The notes below the pieces were generated by a model. That model was not told the DNA's origin. It made no database searches and was given only the letters and a program-made list of their open reading frames with translations. The position numbers and the translations under genes were made by a program. 64,000 bases of DNA from a virus, in the IMG/VR virus record IMGVR_UViG_3300020153_000001, positions 32,001-96,000 of that record; one strand, 5' to 3'. Below, piece by piece: positions 28,801 to 36,737 of the stretch. Numbering within the stretch: position 1 is the stretch's first letter; each line of letters starts with the position of its first letter.

Positions 28801-30191
28801 ATGTAATGCGTTATTTTTTCCCTTGGTACGAAGAGCTCGTAGCCTTTTGATATTGCACGAACGTAACGACGACCGCTTTCTAGCTCGCCAGGGAACGCTA
28901 TCGTAACGTCCTCTACTTGATCCGATCTTAGCCAAGTCTCCTTATTTGTCTTTGCGTCGATGACTGGAATATAAAGAAGGCCGTCCGATCCTCGTCTTGC
29001 CGAGATTGTCATCCTTGTTTCTACCCCTACTTTGAGGGATTCTGGGGTAGTAACAGGGTCGATAAATCCTAGCTGCGTAGCATGGACGTCCCTGGCAGAA
29101 GATGGGATGGCCTCTACGGCGCCTATACCACCCTCCCCCATTCGTGTAAGACGGAAGGCGTGGTCAAGGATTTCGACGGGGTTGATCTCGGCTGGCGCCA
29201 TCACAAGCCCAGAAGCGCGAATTACATGATCAACGATAGGCTGGGCTGGTCTTGGCGGTATGATCTCTTTTTTGGGATTACGCATGGCCTTCCAGAGGAT
29301 ATTTCTTAAAATGAGGCGCATCTTTGCAGGGACGTTTTCGGCAAAGATATCCTCTGGACCAAGGAACTGCTGGTTGGCCAAAGAGTCTCTATCGTCTTCT
29401 CTGGCCTTGCCTTGGAGAAGCTGGATCATCTTGGCTGTAGCTGCTAGCGCCGCGCGTTTGTCGACATAGTTCTGCATTAGCCCTAAGTTGCGGCGCATCA
29501 CGTCCTGCGCTACAGGAACTTGCAAGAACTCGCGCGCAAGATCTACATCCGTAGAGCCAAACATTCTTTTGGCAAAACGCCGCGCATCTTCTACTTTCTC
29601 TGTTACATTGCGTGCCAGAAGATCAGCACCCCATGCTTGCCTTAGCTCTTCATCAGTTACTCCGATAGCTCTTAGAATAGGATAAAGCCGAAACTTCGCC
29701 TGTCCTGCTTGTATGTAGAATATGCCTGTCGTAGGGTCGAGTACGTAACGATGGGTTTTGCCGGCTGGGAGGTTGATGAAAGCCTCCGGCTCCCCTGTCT
29801 GACGGAACCGGACGTAGACGCCAGGTTTTAGCCGTTGTTGGTTCGTAATGGAATACTCAACGCCGCCTATAACAAAGACGCCTCGGTCGGTAAGATAGGG
29901 AACTTTGGCAAGAAGTGTGCGTTTCTCGATAACGCCTGATGGCGTTGTTATTCGTATCGTTCCATAAAGATCCCGCGCCAGTGTGCTGTTTGTGATAATG
30001 GCGCGCTTGTGATTAATAGGGCTTAAGATTTCTTCTTCTGGTTCCTTGTCTTTATATTCCACGTCTTTTAGCTCGATAGTCCAGTTACCCTGGCTATAAG
30101 AAGGCGTGGAAATAAAAGAATTACGGACAGCGTCGAAGATACGCTGCCGTATCGTCTTAACATCGGCAATATCGATAAGCTCGCCAGTCAT
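25833..30191 (-). CDS. rpoB-rpoC: RNA polymerase beta subunit fused to N-terminal part of beta' (includes catalytic loop)
   Basis: Beta motifs GVFVIGGVEY, TPES..VG, YEDAFVIS, GDK..GLYGNKG, RLGILELNAL; then beta' motifs GGLFD, PVIPPIFRP, GRAVI, NRAPVLH, GADFDGD. Confidence 0.95.
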   Translation of the reverse strand: MTGELIDIADVKTIRQRIFDAVRNSFISTPSYSQGNWTIELKDVEYKDKEPEEEILSPINHKRAIITNSTLARDLYGTIRITTPSGVIEKRTLLAKVPYLTDRGVFVIGGVEYSITNQQRLKPGVYVRFRQTGEPEAFINLPAGKTHRYVLDPTTGIFYIQAGQAKFRLYPILRAIGVTDEELRQAWGADLLARNVTEKVEDARRFAKRMFGSTDVDLAREFLQVPVAQDVMRRNLGLMQNYVDKRAALAATAKMIQLLQGKAREDDRDSLANQQFLGPEDIFAENVPAKMRLILRNILWKAMRNPKKEIIPPRPAQPIVDHVIRASGLVMAPAEINPVEILDHAFRLTRMGEGGIGAVEAIPSSARDVHATQLGFIDPVTTPESLKVGVETRMTISARRGSDGLLYIPVIDAKTNKETWLRSDQVEDVTIAFPGELESGRRYVRAISKGYELFVPREKITHYIKDATHIFGPLASLIPMKSACFPQRVAMGSRFITQALPIINREAPLVQSVDSRGRPFVSIFGKYAGAVYSPYKGVVRKVTPDFIELYDADSRSTKKIWLHNNTPYARQTALYNEPLVKPGDVVKPGQLLAYSNFTDINGNLAVGTNAKIAYMATGDTYEDAFVISQSFARKLSAENLFVYQHQTAEPSGKQAYVSLFPGKMTAEDLEKYTNEGVARPGTVLRKGEPIILSAKMLPITTARASHKMFVDDSVTWDYDAPGIVIAAGKTKEGIVAIVKSIFETQQGDKIAGLYGNKGVVIIKPDSQMPIGEDGKPVDIIASPFIISRANIGQIYEALLGKVAKKIGKPIYVKDFEHADRLHQYVSDVLKKHGVSDTEVLTDPVTGRKIRALTGYGYILRLCHIAEDKLQAVDEAIAASAEDIPTVGESGKAKRLGILELNALLAHGAYNTITDAALIRGQANDEAWRQFMTGHSLPQPKIPHIWHKFVALLRGAGINPIQERSGIRLLALRDKDIDQLAGNRYVQNSETVRVYSDGFRTVEGGLFDDGLTGGLAGTRWSAIKLPEPVPNPIMVELLGRLIGVSEKDLISIFAGELPIPERYRQSKGPISGPMALYELFKNYDVDREITRTREELQTATPSKRSSLIKKLNYLEGLKRFSIHPSELFWTKVPVIPPIFRPISMIKDGTLVVNDANYLYKELIDFIGAYKELASDISDLREERRSLMSIFYGLTGLDDPHSYALKKQGIKGLLATVVGSSPKASIMQRKMLGISATLAGRAVITPNSSLDIDEIGIPEEAAWVAYKPFIIRDLMHRGLPDSVLRNVPPALRASPFLVANMLVNERHPYAKQSLERVIQERPVVVNRAPVLHKYGIMAFRPVLIPGKTIEISPLITQAFGADFDGDTMQFHVPASDDAVKEAYDKLLPSKNLFKAAIFAEPVYTPQQDYLIGLWYASRVDSRKPVKIFKTKKDALAAFARGEIAIDQPIKIIEK

Positions 30192-30194
30192 TGT

Positions 30195-31262
30195 TTAAGA
30201 GAGGAAGTGAATCGTACGCTTTTCGTTGGTGCGTTTTGGACCTTCTTTAGCAAGCCCGTAAGGTATGGCGGGACGACCTGCGCTTTGCTCGACGGTCTTA
30301 TGCTGGAAGATCTGCTGGAATTCGTCAGGATCGATCTCAACAGGGTAAGGGGAACCAGACAGAATACTAAGCGCTTTCCCTACAGCAGCTTGCTCTGGGT
30401 CAGGAGAATGCGGGCTGGCTTGCTCGAAGGCACGATATGTTAAAAGGGCCGCAACGACTCCTAAACCATATAGCCCATAGACAAACGCCGGCGGGACGGC
30501 CGATATAATCTGCCATAATACGCCTGAAGAAGCCGTCTTTGTAAGCGTTACTCCCACTTCTGGCTTTGCGGGACTATCGTCCGTGCTCACTGCGGAGTCA
30601 AACGGCTCTGGCATCTTAGCCTTAATTAGCCGTTTCAACGACGCAAGCATCCTCTTCTTGGCCGCCGCTACGTCTTCTGAGACCTCTGCTGTAAGCTTTG
30701 AATTTGTAATAAGATCGCCTATCTTTCCTCCTACCCACGACCCAAGCCACACTAAGAGTCCCGTCATCGTAAAGCCTGCAACATGCCTTAGCGATTGTAT
30801 GGGCATATAGCCAGAAACATACTCAATACCTTCCGCAGTAAGCGCAACGGGAAGGGGAAGGGTAACGGACTGTTGAGCCTGCTTAACTTCTTTAACCACA
30901 CCTATCCACTCTTCCTTAGGGATGCCGCCATAAAAACGCTGCTGACGAACCTTCTCTATCGCAGACCGCACGGAATCGCGTAGCTTGTGGAGGCTAAATA
31001 CACTTCCTATCGCCGATATCGCCATTGAGCCTAGCAAGGCATACCACATGATTTCCGCGGCAGTAACGCTTTCGGGGGATAGGGCAGACATTGTTTGGGC
31101 GTTCTTAACGAATCTCTTGTCAATATAGTCAAAGAAATCTTCAAGGTCGCGTCGGGTGATCGTAACACTCACGAAACCGCTCTTTTTTGACTCCGGAGTC
31201 AAAATTTTACGTAAAATGGGATGCATCTTTCGTAAGCTCCGAATAAAGTTGTGCCCATTCAA
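30195..31262 (-). CDS. Multi-pass membrane protein, probable virion-associated
   Basis: Three hydrophobic segments; LTPESK near N-terminus; start uncertain. Confidence 0.55.
   Translation of the reverse strand: MNGHNFIRSLRKMHPILRKILTPESKKSGFVSVTITRRDLEDFFDYIDKRFVKNAQTMSALSPESVTAAEIMWYALLGSMAISAIGSVFSLHKLRDSVRSAIEKVRQQRFYGGIPKEEWIGVVKEVKQAQQSVTLPLPVALTAEGIEYVSGYMPIQSLRHVAGFTMTGLLVWLGSWVGGKIGDLITNSKLTAEVSEDVAAAKKRMLASLKRLIKAKMPEPFDSAVSTDDSPAKPEVGVTLTKTASSGVLWQIISAVPPAFVYGLYGLGVVAALLTYRAFEQASPHSPDPEQAAVGKALSILSGSPYPVEIDPDEFQQIFQHKTVEQSAGRPAIPYGLAKEGPKRTNEKRTIHFLS
31185..31204. repeat. 20-bp palindrome, copy 6
   Basis: Exact; 3 nt beyond the stop of 31207..31608 and in frame in 30195..31262. 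Confidence 0.98.
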
Positions 31263-31608
31263 GATAAATGTGATAGTTTTTCCGTTCGTCGTCCCAGTGC
31301 CGCTCTACAAAGATCTGTCGGAACCAACCATTTGCAATCCTGTCTTGTACCCACTGGTACGCTTTACGATCATCTTCATTAGACAAATCAAAAAGATCGT
31401 GCCGCCAATCAGCGACAAGCGTCGTATACTCGTAAATCTCGTTCAGGTCAAGCTTAGGAAGTACGTTTGAAGACCTTAGACGTAGCGGTAGACCGAACGG
31501 CATGAACTGCCAGTAAAGATAGCCGTTATGCCGTTCGTCTTGCTCACCGGCGTACTTATAGATTGCCGCAGGACGCTGACCTGTAAACGTCTGCTGTAGA
31601 TTGGACAT
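31207..31608 (-). CDS. Hypothetical protein
   Basis: 133 aa, aromatic-rich globular sequence. Confidence 0.6.
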   Translation of the reverse strand: MSNLQQTFTGQRPAAIYKYAGEQDERHNGYLYWQFMPFGLPLRLRSSNVLPKLDLNEIYEYTTLVADWRHDLFDLSNEDDRKAYQWVQDRIANGWFRQIFVERHWDDERKNYHIYLEWAQLYSELTKDASHFT

Positions 31609-31639
31609 TGAAACATACTTTTTTATTTATTACCTGGCA

Positions 31640-32059
31640 TCAAGCTACCTCTTTTTTAGCCTTTTCCTCTTCGGCTTTTTGGGCCTCTGCATCGAATTCG
31701 TCTGCTAGTTCTTCGCAGACAGTCTTTATGGCTTCATCGCGCGCCCATTCGTCGGACGATCTAGCATGGCCTCTAGTCACCTGCTTATAGGCGCCAAATA
31801 GGCTATGCACCGTAACAAAACCAGCACCAAAGAGGGTAGGTAGAACCAACCAGGAGAGTGCTTTCTCTAATACCGAACCAGCAGTACCGGTGAGAAAGGA
31901 CAGGCCTTTGGTGGCTATTGTCCCAAATATGGATCCTCCTCCACCAGCGGCTGCTTTCTTTACGCGTTTCTTGGCTGCTGGTTTTCGATTTTGTTTGCTG
32001 GAATAAGCTCGTATCCGCTCACAAGGACTTTCTTTGCAGGTTCTTTTTTGAACTCCCAC
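31640..32059 (-). CDS. Hypothetical membrane protein
   Basis: Gly-rich hydrophobic segment and acidic tail; start uncertain. Confidence 0.45.
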   Translation of the reverse strand: MGVQKRTCKESPCERIRAYSSKQNRKPAAKKRVKKAAAGGGGSIFGTIATKGLSFLTGTAGSVLEKALSWLVLPTLFGAGFVTVHSLFGAYKQVTRGHARSSDEWARDEAIKTVCEELADEFDAEAQKAEEEKAKKEVA

Positions 32060-32430
32060 TTCTGCTCTTCCTTTGCTCCAGGAGGAAGTATAAGCCTAGG
32101 CTTGCTGCTAAGGTACTGCTCGGACATAGCTCGGCTAGCACGCTTACGCATCTGCATGAGCTTATCGCGGTTTTCGTCCTGTCTTAGCGCAGTAAGGCAA
32201 GCCTCTCTAGCATTATCCAACAGCTGACGCGCTTCCATACGCTCATTTGGCCAATCTTCGTGCATCGTATATACCGCGACAGCACGTTTGTAGAACTCGA
32301 CAGGGTCGACGCTTGTAACGCACTGCCAAACATCGTTTTTGGCATCTGCGGCCTTTTCGGTATCGACGACCATAATACGACCACGCTCAGCCCAAAATTC
32401 AACCGTCTTATACTTATATACTTTACCCAT
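31960..32430 (-). CDS. Hypothetical protein
   Basis: Start moved to ATG 32430 (GAGGAGG SD, coupled to the GNAT stop). Confidence 0.6.
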   Translation of the reverse strand: MGKVYKYKTVEFWAERGRIMVVDTEKAADAKNDVWQCVTSVDPVEFYKRAVAVYTMHEDWPNERMEARQLLDNAREACLTALRQDENRDKLMQMRKRASRAMSEQYLSSKPRLILPPGAKEEQKWEFKKEPAKKVLVSGYELIPANKIENQQPRNA

Positions 32431-32980
32431 TACTCGACTCCTCCTCGTTAGAAGAGGGAATACGTCGGAAAAATAAAACCGTGTCTTCGTTTTTGTCAGG
32501 TCGACGGATAAGCCTGGACTCAAATCCAGACTTCTTAAAAAGCGCAAGCGCAGCCAGATTTCTTTCTCCTACTTTGGCGTATATACTATAACCTTTTGCG
32601 TGGGTCATAAGATCATTTAGCATTGCGCTTGCCAACCCTTGTCGACGGAACTGCTTGATAACGCCAATACGAAGTATTCGCACTCGCTTTCGTTTACTGT
32701 TAACAGAAAACACCATAAAACCCACAATAGGCGCCACGTCTTTTTCCACAAGGCATACAAGAAGCCATCTATGCTTTGCTAACGCACGACGCATAGGGTC
32801 GATAGGAGGTAACCGGCCAAAGCAGTCCTCATACACGTGAAGCACCCCTATAATGTCAGTGTGACTAAGAATAGGGCGCAGTATAAAATCTCCCTCTGAG
32901 AATATAGTATGTATCTGACCCAGCCTAACTGGCATGATAGCACCTACAAGTGCGGGAAGGCGTATGTTCTTGTCCGACAT
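32423..32980 (-). CDS. GNAT N-acetyltransferase (RimI-like)
   Basis: Acetyl-CoA motif IGVIKQFRRQGLASAML and NLAALALFKKSGF; start moved to ATG 32980. Confidence 0.85.
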   Translation of the reverse strand: MSDKNIRLPALVGAIMPVRLGQIHTIFSEGDFILRPILSHTDIIGVLHVYEDCFGRLPPIDPMRRALAKHRWLLVCLVEKDVAPIVGFMVFSVNSKRKRVRILRIGVIKQFRRQGLASAMLNDLMTHAKGYSIYAKVGERNLAALALFKKSGFESRLIRRPDKNEDTVLFFRRIPSSNEEESSNG

Positions 32981-33155
32981 CACAGACGCTCCGTACAATC
33001 CGGAAGTACAAAGAGCACGAAGGACAAAAAGAAAAATAAGGAAGGGTTTCTTTTGTTGAATACGAAAATATAATCGTATTATATTGACCGGTGTCTTTAT
33101 TTTAGTTTAACATATTGATAACTTATTTTCGATATTCGGAAGGAGAACGCTGACG

Positions 33156-33491
33156 ATGCCACGATCTGTACTGCTAACACCAGCAATACTAATCTCTATG
33201 ACAAAAAAAGAGCTTAAAAAATACGACGACGAGCTCGCAGATATCATCGACTATGCGCCAGGAGTAGCGTATACAAAATGCTTGACAACAGAAGACGCGC
33301 TGTCCGCAAATAAGTTTTGGCGAGACGTTATGACAAAGATAGGGAAAACGTGGGACGATGAGAAGCTTATTGAAATTGGACAAAAACTTGAGGCTGACGA
33401 GATTGTCGTTAAGTATTATAATGACAATGGTAACCCAACGCTAAGACGTATTAAGGTCCCTAATAAGAGGAGCTCGAAATGGCAAAGGTAG
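33156..33491 (+). CDS. Hypothetical protein
   Basis: 111 aa, AAGGAG SD, divergent from the GNAT gene. Confidence 0.6.
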   Translation: MPRSVLLTPAILISMTKKELKKYDDELADIIDYAPGVAYTKCLTTEDALSANKFWRDVMTKIGKTWDDEKLIEIGQKLEADEIVVKYYNDNGNPTLRRIKVPNKRSSKWQR

Positions 33492-33754
33492 TCTCTACGC
33501 GTGTTGAAAGCGGTAACATCATCGTGACCCTGGAGGCCGACAACCGGGAAGAGCTAGTCGATCCTTTCACTATGCGAATGGCGCTCGACGCGGCCAATAA
33601 GCTCGGTTTCCATAACTGCGCTATCGCTATGAACACAAAAGGCCCTTATCCCGTTGACGCCGAAACAGGCGAACCCCTCAGTATGCCTAAACCTAACGTT
33701 AAAGTGGCGTTTAGACGGGATATCAATTGCGTGTTTAACACGATGCCGTTCTAA
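33479..33754 (+). CDS. Hypothetical protein
   Basis: 91 aa, GAGGAG SD, overlapping coupling. Confidence 0.6.
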   Translation: MAKVVSTRVESGNIIVTLEADNREELVDPFTMRMALDAANKLGFHNCAIAMNTKGPYPVDAETGEPLSMPKPNVKVAFRRDINCVFNTMPF

Positions 33755-33781
33755 AGCCGGTCAATCTGTCTTCTCCACGAT

Positions 33782-33801
33782 TTTTGACTCCGGAGTCAAA
33801 A
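33782..33801. repeat. 20-bp palindrome, copy 7
   Basis: Exact; intergenic. Confidence 0.98.
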
Positions 33802-33888
33802 AATCTGTCTTCGATAGCTGATAGTCTGCCTACAGCGCGTCTAGTTTAATAGTCGAAAGTAATTTTTGCTTTATGTTGGAGTCGTGTT

Positions 33889-34968
33889 ATGGGGATCTAT
33901 CTCATCGGCTACCCCGGCGACGTTGGCGGAGCAAACGCAGAGTGCTGGCATACGGTTAAATTGTGGCGTAAATTTGGATTGGACGTAACCCTCATCCCCA
34001 CATGGGGGGGACCTCTTCCCGAATTCCGCAGCCGCTGCGACGAGATAGGATGCCGGACGCTCGTCATTAAGCAATCTGAGCTCTCTAATCTTGAGGAACT
34101 AAAAGGCGCCCCTGTAATCTCCTTCTGCAATAGCGAGTTTCTTAAAAACGCAGATACTATACGGCGCATGGGCTGCAAGATCATTTGGGTAGGGTGCATG
34201 TGCTGGCTGTTTAACGAAGAGAAACGGCACTACGCAAGAATGAACCGACCGTTTGACGCCTATATATTCCAGAGCCAGCATCAGTATAACACCTTACTAC
34301 CACAGCTCGAACGCTACGGCGTTAAAAAAGAAAGCTGCTTTCTTGTAAGGGCGGCATTTGCGCTCGATGAGTGGACCTTTAAACCACTCCCTCACAGGAA
34401 AGGCGAGCCATTCGTCGTGGGAAGGATAAGCCGACCTGCCCCAGACAAATTTCATACTTATACATGGAAGATATATGAGCGCATTATCCACCCTATTCAC
34501 GCAAGGATTATGGCGTGGAGCCCGGAAGTAGAAAAAAAGATAGGAAAGCCTCCACAATGGGCCACGGTACTAACCAGCCGGGCGGAGACAGCACAGGAAT
34601 TTTTCTCGCAATTGCATTGTATGATACAAGCAAGCGATCATGCTCAAGAGAACTGGCCCCGTTCCGGTCTTGAGGCTATGGCGGCAGGGGTGCCCATCGT
34701 TACGCACAACGCTTGGGGATGGAAGGAGATGATAATTCATGGCGTTACGGGATTTTTGGCGGACGATTTGGACGAAATGGCCTATTACGCTACTAAGCTA
34801 GCATACGAAGAGGAGCTTAGGCGGTTTATAGTAGAGTCTGCACGAAAAAAGCTTTATGAACTTACAGACGACAACACGATATGGCAAAGATGGAAAACCG
34901 CCTTTGAGTACGTCGATAAAACGTATGGGACGAAGATTTTGACTCCGGAGTCAAAATCTGCCATCTAG
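33889..34968 (+). CDS. Glycosyltransferase, GT-B/GT4-like
   Basis: VGGANAE at N-terminus; ENWPRSGLEAMAAGVPIV..GWKEMIIHGVTGFL. Confidence 0.85.
   Translation: MGIYLIGYPGDVGGANAECWHTVKLWRKFGLDVTLIPTWGGPLPEFRSRCDEIGCRTLVIKQSELSNLEELKGAPVISFCNSEFLKNADTIRRMGCKIIWVGCMCWLFNEEKRHYARMNRPFDAYIFQSQHQYNTLLPQLERYGVKKESCFLVRAAFALDEWTFKPLPHRKGEPFVVGRISRPAPDKFHTYTWKIYERIIHPIHARIMAWSPEVEKKIGKPPQWATVLTSRAETAQEFFSQLHCMIQASDHAQENWPRSGLEAMAAGVPIVTHNAWGWKEMIIHGVTGFLADDLDEMAYYATKLAYEEELRRFIVESARKKLYELTDDNTIWQRWKTAFEYVDKTYGTKILTPESKSAI
34937..34956. repeat. 20-bp palindrome, copy 8
   Basis: Exact, extends to 26 bp (34934-34959); codes LTPESK at the GT C-terminus. Confidence 0.98.
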
Positions 34969-35013
34969 TACGCTCTTTTTTAAAATCTAGCTAAAAAAAG
35001 AAAATATAGATTC

Positions 35014-35035
35014 GGGCTGTTGATCAGCCCTTTTT
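35014..35035 (+). terminator. Intrinsic terminator after the GT4 gene
   Basis: GGGCTG-TTGAT-CAGCCC followed by T5. Confidence 0.7.
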
Positions 35036-35058
35036 ATATCCCCTTAAACATAAGAGCT

Positions 35059-35247
35059 AAAAAAAGAGCACGCTCTGGCAGTGGGTTCGTCTAGGCGCCC
35101 CGGGCCGACGGGCGCCTCCCCCCGTATACTTCCGAAACGACTTCTTCGGATATTCCACCGCCAGCAGGCCCGGCTCTTTTTCCCCTCCCGCCTACTAGCC
35201 GCCGGGCTCGGCTGGCCCAACAGGGCCTTGGCGGGAAGAGCCCGTAC
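35059..35247 (-). ncRNA. Candidate structured RNA, copy A (family unknown)
   Basis: GC-rich multi-stem element ending in U7; homologous to 36115-36319 with compensatory stem changes. Confidence 0.65.
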
Positions 35248-35255
35248 ATTCATGT

Positions 35256-35286
35256 TTAATTGCCGTGTTATTGTCAAATCTTTAGC
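35256..35286 (-). promoter_or_regulatory. Repeated promoter-like motif GCTAAA-N16-GGCAATTAA
   Basis: Directly upstream of RNA copy A; same motif at four other sites. Confidence 0.6.
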
Positions 35287-35330
35287 TTATATTGCATGGG
35301 CTAAAAAAAGCAAACCCCGTCATGGAAGAA

Positions 35331-35350
35331 TTTTGACTCCGGAGTCAAAA
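35331..35350. repeat. 20-bp palindrome, copy 9
   Basis: Exact; between a terminator and the next promoter motif. Confidence 0.98.
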
Positions 35351-35375
35351 CTTGCCGTTTGAGTTTTTAATAGAT

Positions 35376-35429
35376 AAAAAAAGAGAGCGCAGCCAGCAGG
35401 GGAACTAGACAGCTCGCCCTGCTGGCTGC
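35376..35429 (-). terminator. Intrinsic terminator
   Basis: 13-bp stem GCAGCCAGCAGGG/CCCTGCTGGCTGC then GCTCTCTTTTTTT. Confidence 0.8.
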
Positions 35430-35436
35430 TTATTTT

Positions 35437-36066
35437 TTATTTATAAACGACAATGTCTATTTCGTATTTACCCCCGTGATACCCTGGGGAATACCGGACG
35501 CCGGCAACGTGGGCTCGGTCGCCCGGTTGTTCAACTACTGGCGAATGCCATCCATCCTTTCCGGGGGCGACCTTAACGGTCTCACCCCAGGATGTCTTTA
35601 ATACCTTCGGTAGCCGCCAGTAGCCCTCGGCCATCTGGCGGCATGTGGGGTGAGCAAGCACTAGTGTTAGTGTCTCGTGATGCCGCTCCCCCGCTCTGCT
35701 GAGGAAATCCTCGTTCTTGTCGAGCCTTTCCCCCGTCCTGGGGTACTCGGCTCGAATAATCTCTTTTGTCAGGTCGACGGGTAATTGAAGCTCCCCGGCC
35801 AACTCTTCCCACGTAAGGGCCTCCTGCCCAAACGTCCCGTGCATTGGGCTCAGTAATTCTATTGGACGGGTTCCGTCCTCGAGCCCGATCTCGTATTCCG
35901 TCCACGACCATTTCCCGCAGGGGTGGTGTTCTCTTTTCAAAACAACGCACCACCCCGGGATATCTTTACCTTCAAATTTTCGGGCCTCGCGGCCCTTGAT
36001 AAGGTATAGACGCGGATACCGCCCGCCATGTTCCCTGCCGTCAGTCCACTGGAAAACGCTAATCAT
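35437..36066 (-). CDS. Hypothetical accessory protein
   Basis: Start moved to ATG 36066 (GAGGAG SD); the ORF-track extension runs through the structured RNA. Confidence 0.65.
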   Translation of the reverse strand: MISVFQWTDGREHGGRYPRLYLIKGREARKFEGKDIPGWCVVLKREHHPCGKWSWTEYEIGLEDGTRPIELLSPMHGTFGQEALTWEELAGELQLPVDLTKEIIRAEYPRTGERLDKNEDFLSRAGERHHETLTLVLAHPTCRQMAEGYWRLPKVLKTSWGETVKVAPGKDGWHSPVVEQPGDRAHVAGVRYSPGYHGGKYEIDIVVYK

Positions 36067-36114
36067 GTTTTTATCTCCTCTTAAAAAAAAGGACTTGAAA
36101 CTTGCCGAAAATCT

Positions 36115-36319
36115 AAAAAAAGAGCTTTTTGAGGTGGTAGGTTCAACGGCGCCCCGGGCCACGGGCGCCTCCGCCGTATTTACCTTTTCCCCCGAAGGGG
36201 ATGCACTTCTCTCTCTTCGGATATTCTCCACCCCAACGGCCCGGCTCTTTTTTCCCCTCCCGCCTACTAGCCGCCGGGCTCGGCTGGTCCTTTGGACCTT
36301 GGCGGGAGGGAGCCCGTCC
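36115..36319 (-). ncRNA. Candidate structured RNA, copy B (leader of 35437..36066)
   Basis: Shares blocks such as CAGCCGAGCCCGGCGGCTAGTAGGCGGGAGGGGAAAAA with copy A. Confidence 0.65.
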
Positions 36320-36327
36320 ATTCATGT

Positions 36328-36358
36328 TTAATTGCCGTGTTATTGCCAAATCTTTAGC
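36328..36358 (-). promoter_or_regulatory. Promoter-like motif GCTAAA-N16-GGCAATTAA
   Basis: Near-identical to 35256-35286. Confidence 0.6.
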
Positions 36359-36696
36359 CAACAATTAGACCTACCCTTTCCTCCCCCCTTTTTTCTATAG
36401 GCTGGTAGAATAGATAGAAATAATGAGCGAGAGAGATAGAGAAAGAGAGGAGAGAGCTAGATAAAAAATTGGGAGGAAAAGAGTGGTAGTTGCCCTTATT
36501 ATGGTTTGGTTGGTTTCTCTTTTTTTAAGAACGGAACAAAGAGAAAGTTAGATTAACTCGTTATTTTCTTATATAAGAAAAAAAGAGAGAGAAGGAAAAA
36601 TAATAAAAGCAAAGAAAAAAATCTCTAAAAAATAGAGAGGCGGCAGGTAAAAAAAAGTAAAAAAAGTCTTTTTTTCCTTATCTATGGGAAGGAAAG

Positions 36697-36737
36697 TAGC
36701 TAAAGAGAGAGCGGCCCCCGCCTCGGGGGCGGGGGCC
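36697..36737 (-). terminator. Intrinsic terminator
   Basis: 10-bp stem GGCCCCCGCC/GGCGGGGGCC then GCTCTCTCTTTAGCTA, right after the stop of 36738..36932. Confidence 0.7.

Noticed and set aside
29025-29050. TPES in the RNAP beta subunit as another palindrome-derived peptide
   Set aside because: It is the conserved beta ETPEG-like motif and is encoded by unrelated codons
16559-30191. Host chromosomal rpoBC operon
   Set aside because: No ribosomal-protein context, high divergence, unusual split, and capsid/baseplate neighbours
35044-36364. ORFs 35044..35277, 35081..35362, 36143..36364 and the extension of 35437..36321
   Set aside because: They run through the duplicated structured RNA; indels between the copies break frame while base pairing is kept
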